Of a stretch of DNA of 64,000 nucleotides, positions 58,266-64,000 are shown one piece after another. Both the position numbers and the translations under genes were made by a program. This stretch comes from an uncultured Ignavibacteriaceae bacterium (GTDB taxonomy: Bacteria; Bacteroidota; Ignavibacteria; Ignavibacteriales; Ignavibacteriaceae). The notes beneath the pieces are model-generated. The model was not told where the DNA came from, did no database searches, and saw only the letters and a program-made list of their open reading frames with translations. The stretch covers positions 29,434-93,433 of the forward strand of contig CAZHVS010000012.1 of the NCBI GenBank assembly GCA_964536015.1, written 5' to 3'. Within the stretch, counting starts at the first letter, position 1. Each line of letters starts with the position of its first letter.

Positions 58266-59435
58266 TTATTTCAATAATATCATTTTTCTTGTTTGAGTAA
58301 ATCCACCGGCTTTTATTTGATAGTAATATATACCAGAGATGTATTGGTTTGAAAGCTGTGTAAAATTGAATGTGACAGAATAACTTCCTGCTTTTTTCTC
58401 CTCATTTACAAGTGTTACAATTTCATTTCCAATGACATCAAATACTTTAAGCGAAACCAATCCGGCTCTTAAAACCGCAAAGTTAATTGTAGTAGATGGA
58501 TTAAATGGATTTGGATAGTTTTGATAAAGTTCAAATGAGTTCTTTGTAATTATATTATCATTTACAGAAGTGATTGGAAAAACTTGTGTTATAGTAAAAT
58601 CAACCCAGAACAATCCATAACAATTAGGGATATTTGAAATAAGTGCATTTCCAATTGTTGCCGGAGGATCATTTAATTTTTTCCACCAGGTTGTATCTGC
58701 TTTATATCCGTACTGAAAAGCAACTTTATTTGGAGAAAATTTTTGTCCCCATGACTTAAACTCATTAACCATTGCATTAAACGGATTTGAAGAAAAATTG
58801 AAATCCTGACTGTCATCAACAAACAATATTTGTCCCCTGTAATTTGGCGGCATCCAGCTTTGTCCATAGTGTTTTAAAAATAAAGTATAGCTTGTGTCAA
58901 TTGATTTTACTTTCTGTTCCCATCTCTGAGCTTCCTCATTTGTAACATTTTTGCCACCAGAATATAAATTAGCAAGATACCACTCTACATCAACGCCTAA
59001 GCCTTTTACACACGGATGATGTTTATATCGGTTTAATACAAGATGAATTAATGTATCGATACTTGCAGCACCCGGTTCAACTTGCAGCCAAACTTTAAAA
59101 CCTTCCTGGTCAAATTTTGTCAAGTAAGCCTCATTTTGATCTATACTTATAAAATTAATATATGGATAACTTCCTCCCGGATTAGGAAAATTGAGCTGGG
59201 TTACTCCGTTTGAAATGTAAAGACTAACAATCCAGATAGATGCTGGATTAGCAGAAGGAAATTTTCCAGCCATTAATCTTCCCGTAGAAACCCAATAATC
59301 GGCTGATGGAAATTGACTGTTTGGATAACTGTTAAGAATTCTTGATGCACGAAACCCTGCAACCCGCAGAGAATCTGCTTTTGTGGAAAAAACGATAAAG
59401 GTCAACAAAAAAAATGAGTAAAATAATTTTTTCAT
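58266..59435 (-). CDS. secreted hypothetical protein with T9SS type-A C-terminal sorting domain
   Basis: Signal peptide and C-terminal FELYQNYPNPFNPSTTINF...IYYYQIKAGGFTQTRKMILLK. Confidence 0.8.
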   Translation of the reverse strand: MKKLFYSFFLLTFIVFSTKADSLRVAGFRASRILNSYPNSQFPSADYWVSTGRLMAGKFPSANPASIWIVSLYISNGVTQLNFPNPGGSYPYINFISIDQNEAYLTKFDQEGFKVWLQVEPGAASIDTLIHLVLNRYKHHPCVKGLGVDVEWYLANLYSGGKNVTNEEAQRWEQKVKSIDTSYTLFLKHYGQSWMPPNYRGQILFVDDSQDFNFSSNPFNAMVNEFKSWGQKFSPNKVAFQYGYKADTTWWKKLNDPPATIGNALISNIPNCYGLFWVDFTITQVFPITSVNDNIITKNSFELYQNYPNPFNPSTTINFAVLRAGLVSLKVFDVIGNEIVTLVNEEKKAGSYSVTFNFTQLSNQYISGIYYYQIKAGGFTQTRKMILLK

Positions 59436-59445
59436 AATTCATTTT

Positions 59446-60816
59446 TTATTTCAAGTAATTTAGTTTTTTAACTGAAATAAAATCTCCAGCTATTAACTGG
59501 TAGAAATAAATACCACTGGAAAGTTTAGAAGCGTTAAAATCAACTTTATAAATGCCTGGTTGTTTTTCCTCATCAATTAATATTGCAACTTCTTTTCCGA
59601 GAACATCATAAACTTTTAGTTTTACTAAACCAGCGCTGGCAATCTTATATTTTATAGTAGTTGATGGGTTAAATGGATTGGGATAATTTTGATAAAGTTC
59701 AAATCCTGATGGAGAATTAAAATCAGCATATTCATTTATGGAATTAATTAATCCATATTTTGTTTTCATCTGTATAATTCTGTTATACGATTCATCTATT
59801 CTGCTTAAAGGAATTTTTCCCTGTTGAATTTTTTGTTCAATTATATCAATAACCTGTTTGGTTAATGAGGTTCCATTTCGCAAGACAGAAGTATATAGAA
59901 GTATATCATTACCTGCATTAACTGCAAATTCAACCGCATCTTCAAAAGAATAATTTTGTGTAATTGCAGACATAGACATTGCGTCTGTAACCGTAACTCC
60001 AGTAAAACCAAGTTGTGTTCTTAATAAATTTGATGTAACATTGCTTGAAAGCGAAGCAGGATAAACTGAATCGAGATGTGCATTGTATAAATGACCCGAC
60101 ATTACCATATCTGAAAAACCATTAGCAAATAAAAGCTGGTAAGGAATAAGCTCAGAATCAGCCCATGTATTGGTTATATCTGTAAAACCAAGATGGGAAT
60201 CCTGCAATGCGCTTCCATGTCCGGGATAATGCTTTAAGCAGGTTACAATGTTTTTTTTATTGAATTCATTGATGAACCATTTTGCATGCAAAAAAACTGT
60301 ATCGGGACGACGAGAGAAACTTCTTTCTAATTTACCTATTGCCGGACTTTGAGGATAAACATTTACATCAACTACAGGTGCAAGGTCAACATTAAAGCCG
60401 CTTTGTTTTAACCAGCCCGCCATTGTTCCCGCAAGTCTTCTTGTAGAATCTTCTTTATTAAAAATTACTCCAAGTGTGTAAGCAGTATAAGAAGTGTCGA
60501 AACCATTAGACTTATTTAACCTTGCAACTTTTCCACCTTCCTGGTCAACCGCAATGAATGGCGGAACAGCTGCAAACATTTTTATGGTATCATTAAGAAG
60601 TTTTACCTGTGTTGGATTACTAATATTAGCAGCAAATAAAATTACTCCACCAAGATTTCTTTGTTGAAGATCAACTTTTATTGTATCGTGAAGTCTTGTT
60701 CCTGTAAAACTTGTCCATATCATCTGCCCGATTTTTTGTCTTAATGTTTGTGAATATGAATAGGTTGAAAATAAGTTTAATATAATTAGTAAGAATAAAA
60801 AGTATAATCGTCTCAT
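59446..60816 (-). CDS. glycoside hydrolase family 3 (NagZ-like beta-N-acetylhexosaminidase) with T9SS C-terminal sorting domain
   Basis: The KHYPGHGS motif and GH3 N-terminal domain layout. C-terminal FELYQNYPNPFNPSTTIKY... Confidence 0.8.
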   Translation of the reverse strand: MRRLYFLFLLIILNLFSTYSYSQTLRQKIGQMIWTSFTGTRLHDTIKVDLQQRNLGGVILFAANISNPTQVKLLNDTIKMFAAVPPFIAVDQEGGKVARLNKSNGFDTSYTAYTLGVIFNKEDSTRRLAGTMAGWLKQSGFNVDLAPVVDVNVYPQSPAIGKLERSFSRRPDTVFLHAKWFINEFNKKNIVTCLKHYPGHGSALQDSHLGFTDITNTWADSELIPYQLLFANGFSDMVMSGHLYNAHLDSVYPASLSSNVTSNLLRTQLGFTGVTVTDAMSMSAITQNYSFEDAVEFAVNAGNDILLYTSVLRNGTSLTKQVIDIIEQKIQQGKIPLSRIDESYNRIIQMKTKYGLINSINEYADFNSPSGFELYQNYPNPFNPSTTIKYKIASAGLVKLKVYDVLGKEVAILIDEEKQPGIYKVDFNASKLSSGIYFYQLIAGDFISVKKLNYLK

Positions 60817-60946
60817 AGTTATTAGAATTTTATAAATTGATTTGTAAACTTCTTAAATAAAAATCAGAATAAAAAGCAGAAGAAATCAAGAAGAGATTAT
60901 TTGTTCAAGAAAAATATGAATAAAAAAAACATTTAAGTTTTTTAGT

Positions 60947-62254
60947 TCATTCATACCTTACATCTATTGTCTCTTTATTTAATCTTTTTTTCAACCAGTT
61001 GTTAATTTTTATTCGCTCAGCATCAGATAAATTTATTTTACCCAGATAAAAAGTGACGAAACTATTTTTAACTGATGAAGTATCATAAAACAGACTTGCC
61101 TCTGAGTAACTACAAGCCTGAATCTGCGGATAAATAGCTTTTATCTCTTTCAATAAAATTTTCCCCAGCAAATCTCTTTTGTTAAAGCTGTCCAGTTGGG
61201 TTTCCTTATCTTTTAATTTGAAAATAAGTCTGTTTATTTCTTCTTTCAACTTTAGTACTTCTATATTTCTTTCTTCAATAGTATTGAAAGCCAATCCCTG
61301 TTTTATTAAAACCTTTGCATCCCATAACTTAAAGTTTTCACTTTTTTTTATAATTTCTTCTTTTTGTATATCCGTTAATTGATTACCACCATATACTAAC
61401 AAAATAATTTTATTTTTAGGATCAATATCGCTTTTAAGAAGATAATTGCCTTCATAAAAACTAACGTTAATAATGTAACGATTTGCTTTTTCGTTAAACT
61501 TTTCCTGTTCAATCAAGTTGTAACCCAAATATATGCTGGGCAGAATTATTACAGATATAACTACTGAAATCCATCTATTAACAATTTTTTTTTGTGCTGC
61601 TTCAACAACTGTTCTAATTGGGAACTTCAGAATCTTTGAAATCAAAACGGAAGCAAGAGCAATGAACACTGTATTGATTGTAAAAAGATAAAATGCACCA
61701 AAGAAAAAGTTATACTGAAATGTTGCCAAACCATAACCAGCTGTGCATAAAGGCGGCATTAATGCAGTTGCAATTGCAACGCCAGGAATAACATTCCCTT
61801 TTTGTTTACTACTAATAGCAACAGTACCGGCAAGTCCACCAAATAAAGCAATCAATACATCATAAATGGTTGGAGTAGTTCGGGCAAGTAATTCCGAATG
61901 AGCGGTTGAAACAGGACTTAAAGAAAAGTAAGTTGTAGATGCTATTAAACTGGCAATAACAGCAAAACTAAAATTCTTAAACGATTTTCTGAAAAGTTCA
62001 AAATCATAGGTCGCAATACTATAACCCATTCCATTGATTGGTCCCATTAGCGGCGAAATAAGCATCGCTCCAATTATTACAGCAGTTGAATTCATATTCA
62101 AGCCAACCGATGCAACTACAATTGCAAAAACTAATATCCATAGGTTGGTTCCTTTAAATACTATTCCTTTCAAAATTTCTTCGTGTATTAAATCCGGGTT
62201 TTCTTTCTCCGAGTCAAGATTGAAAAAATGAGCTACTTTTTTAAAGATAAACAT
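60947..62254 (-). CDS. DUF389-like polytopic membrane protein with C-terminal soluble extension
   Basis: N-terminal multi-TM region with GAMLISPLMGP and PGVAIATALMPPLC motifs, as in the DUF389 (TIGR00341-type) family. Confidence 0.6.
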   Translation of the reverse strand: MFIFKKVAHFFNLDSEKENPDLIHEEILKGIVFKGTNLWILVFAIVVASVGLNMNSTAVIIGAMLISPLMGPINGMGYSIATYDFELFRKSFKNFSFAVIASLIASTTYFSLSPVSTAHSELLARTTPTIYDVLIALFGGLAGTVAISSKQKGNVIPGVAIATALMPPLCTAGYGLATFQYNFFFGAFYLFTINTVFIALASVLISKILKFPIRTVVEAAQKKIVNRWISVVISVIILPSIYLGYNLIEQEKFNEKANRYIINVSFYEGNYLLKSDIDPKNKIILLVYGGNQLTDIQKEEIIKKSENFKLWDAKVLIKQGLAFNTIEERNIEVLKLKEEINRLIFKLKDKETQLDSFNKRDLLGKILLKEIKAIYPQIQACSYSEASLFYDTSSVKNSFVTFYLGKINLSDAERIKINNWLKKRLNKETIDVRYE

Positions 62255-62371
62255 TCTTACATCCTTATCTATTTTGAAGTTATATCACTTGCTTAGAATT
62301 TTTTTGAGCTTGATATTATAAATCTATTTATTTTAATACATATCTCAATGCACAAAGAATTAAGAATAAAT

Positions 62372-62842
62372 TCATTCAAAGGCTTTCCCAAATTTCTTTT
62401 CAACTGCATAAGTTCTGAAATCAAATATCTTTTTAAGCTGCCTTTTTATGAAAAGAAAATTTGCAATGCTTCCCAGAAATCCAAATGGCGGTTGATATGA
62501 AACTATGTCAGTCATCTTTATTCCGCCTCTTACAGCTTCTATCTTATGTTGATGATGCCACATTTTGTATGGTCCTATTCTTTGTTCATCAACAAAATAT
62601 TTTTTTTCTTCCACATGAGTAATTTCTGTAACCCACGTCATTCTTAACGCCGGCAGAGGACTTACTTTATAACTAATTATCATCCCCTCATACATTTTTT
62701 CAGGTAGATTTTTACTTGTTATCTCAAAGTTCATATAAAGTGGAGTAATCTCTTTAAGATTTTTTGGTGATGAAATAAACTCCCACACTTCATCAATAGT
62801 TGAAGGAATTATTTGCTCGCTTATTAACTGATAAAATGCCAT
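62372..62842 (-). CDS. SRPBCC-superfamily (START/polyketide-cyclase-like) protein
   Basis: 156 aa. The N-terminal pattern (I..S..EVWEF.S.P.NL..ITP) is typical of SRPBCC ligand-binding proteins. Confidence 0.55.
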   Translation of the reverse strand: MAFYQLISEQIIPSTIDEVWEFISSPKNLKEITPLYMNFEITSKNLPEKMYEGMIISYKVSPLPALRMTWVTEITHVEEKKYFVDEQRIGPYKMWHHQHKIEAVRGGIKMTDIVSYQPPFGFLGSIANFLFIKRQLKKIFDFRTYAVEKKFGKAFE

Positions 62843-62847
62843 TTACT

Positions 62848-63909
62848 TTATCGTAATAATATCATCTTCTTAGTTTCAGAAAAATTACCGCAAGTTATTT
62901 TATAAAAATAAATTCCATTAAAATATTTGCTTGCATTAAATTCAATATAGTGGCTTCCGGCTTGCATATATTCATTTAATAATGTAGCCACTTCTTTTCC
63001 AAGCACGTCGAACAACTTAATCTCGACCTTATTATCAGAAGGAATTGAAAACTCAATTTTTGTTGAAGGATTAAAAGGGTTTGGATAATTTTGCTTTACA
63101 GAAAATTCTTTTGGTGCATTAATATTTACTTCAATCTCTTTTGAATACTCATATTTACCATCAACATCAATTTGTTTTAAACGATACTTAAACTCTTTTC
63201 CATCGGTTGGTTTATCTATAAAAGAATAAGTTTTAGGAGAGTTGCTGTTTCCGGCTCCTTTTACGAATCCAATTTTTTCAAAGACGTTCAAACCAGCACC
63301 TAACAAAGTTGTAGCACGTTCAATCTCGAAGCCAACATTATTTACCTCGGTGGCGGTTTGCCAGTTCAGATTAATGTTATCACCAACAACCACTGCAGAA
63401 AAAGTTGTTAATTCAACAGGCAATGAAGCGTTCATAACAATATTATCTACACCAAGACAAATATTTCCACCGGCATTATTTGTAACTACAATAGAAGTTA
63501 TTCCTATAAAGTTTAGAGTTACAACAGACCCAATATATCCATTAATAACCTGATGTTTACTTGCGCCTGTGTTGGGTGTAAAAAGTAAATCGTAATCGGT
63601 TAGCCCAAAAAAATCTGCAACCAATAAAGAAGCTATATTAACAGGTTGACTAAATATTAAGCTAAGAGATGGCTTCGATTGTCCATTCATTGTTGCAACA
63701 TTGCCGTCAAAAGGGGGGTAAGCCGACCAATCCTGTAAAGTCATAGATGGAAATGGAGTAACAGAGTGATCGCTATAAGTACTTAACGTAACACCCGATA
63801 CCGTTTGCGTTATAGTCTCACCATTTTCTGTAGCAGTAGTAAAATTAAACGTCCCGGTTTGTGCAAAAACAGAAACACTTATTAAACAAAAAAATAATAA
63901 ACTTTTCAT
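62848..63909 (-). CDS. secreted hypothetical protein with T9SS type-A C-terminal sorting domain
   Basis: Signal peptide MKSLLFFCLISVSVFAQ (start preferred at 63909; the ORF track starts at 63972). C-terminal VKQNYPNPFNPSTKIEF...IYFYKITCGNFSETKKMILLR. Confidence 0.8.
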   Translation of the reverse strand: MKSLLFFCLISVSVFAQTGTFNFTTATENGETITQTVSGVTLSTYSDHSVTPFPSMTLQDWSAYPPFDGNVATMNGQSKPSLSLIFSQPVNIASLLVADFFGLTDYDLLFTPNTGASKHQVINGYIGSVVTLNFIGITSIVVTNNAGGNICLGVDNIVMNASLPVELTTFSAVVVGDNINLNWQTATEVNNVGFEIERATTLLGAGLNVFEKIGFVKGAGNSNSPKTYSFIDKPTDGKEFKYRLKQIDVDGKYEYSKEIEVNINAPKEFSVKQNYPNPFNPSTKIEFSIPSDNKVEIKLFDVLGKEVATLLNEYMQAGSHYIEFNASKYFNGIYFYKITCGNFSETKKMILLR

Positions 63910-64000
63910 AAACATACCTTTTATTAAAATGTTTAAGGAAATATAACCATATGTTAATTCAAATAACAACACAAAAAAAATAAATTCTAAAAATTGCGAA

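Noticed and set aside
1-64000. Scan for CRISPR arrays, tandem repeats, IS elements, integrases, tRNA/rRNA genes and toxin-antitoxin or known phage-defence gene pairs
   Set aside because: I saw no regularly spaced direct repeats, no transposase, integrase or recombinase-like ORFs, no tRNA-like cloverleaf candidates, and no recognisable defence-system signature proteins by eye. A computational scan (minced/CRISPRCasFinder, tRNAscan-SE, ISEScan, DefenseFinder/PADLOC) would be needed to exclude them formally.

Overview
AT-rich bacterial chromosomal window, almost fully coding (about 65 genes). I saw no rRNA, tRNA, CRISPR array, transposase or integrase. Five secreted proteins end in the T9SS type-A sorting domain (...YQNYPNPFNPST...), which suggests an FCB-group organism, probably Ignavibacteriota/Bacteroidota-like (inference). 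Positions 1-27 kb hold housekeeping genes: an ICMT-like methyltransferase, a HAD phosphatase, smc, rpsT, a glmU-like gene, a nifU-like gene, ogt, tpiA, an RCK K+ channel, DPP-IV, pdxB, a phosphatase and mfd. Positions 27.2-52.7 kb form an almost entirely plus-strand block devoted to metalloid/chalcogen and thiol-redox chemistry. It has five parts. (i) A 13-gene ars operon: arsR, arsC, acr3, arsM and an ArsP-like permease, plus a split YeeE/YedE, thioredoxin-fold proteins and CcdA. (ii) A MarR-headed module with an octaheme tetrathionate-reductase-family cytochrome c, a cytochrome b, and a split YeeE/YedE fused to rhodanese. (iii) A PAS/sigma-54 activator divergent from an uncharacterised cluster of radical SAM, CGGC, DUF5320, NifX-like, two MinD-like ATPases with ferredoxin inserts, and a second NifX-like gene. 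This cluster runs directly into pdaD. I rate it the best candidate for an undescribed system. (iv) A glutaredoxin-like, orphan groES, atypical thioredoxin and trxB set. (v) A methyltransferase, tehA-like and DUF302 set. Positions 54.2-57.2 kb carry a GAF-type sigma-54 activator divergent from dps and a peroxiredoxin, with a recognisable -24/-12 promoter and an upstream inverted repeat. Positions 57.3-64 kb carry a CDF transporter, T9SS cargo proteins, a DUF389-like protein and an SRPBCC protein. All functional calls come from reading the translated ORFs and motifs by eye; no database searches were run.
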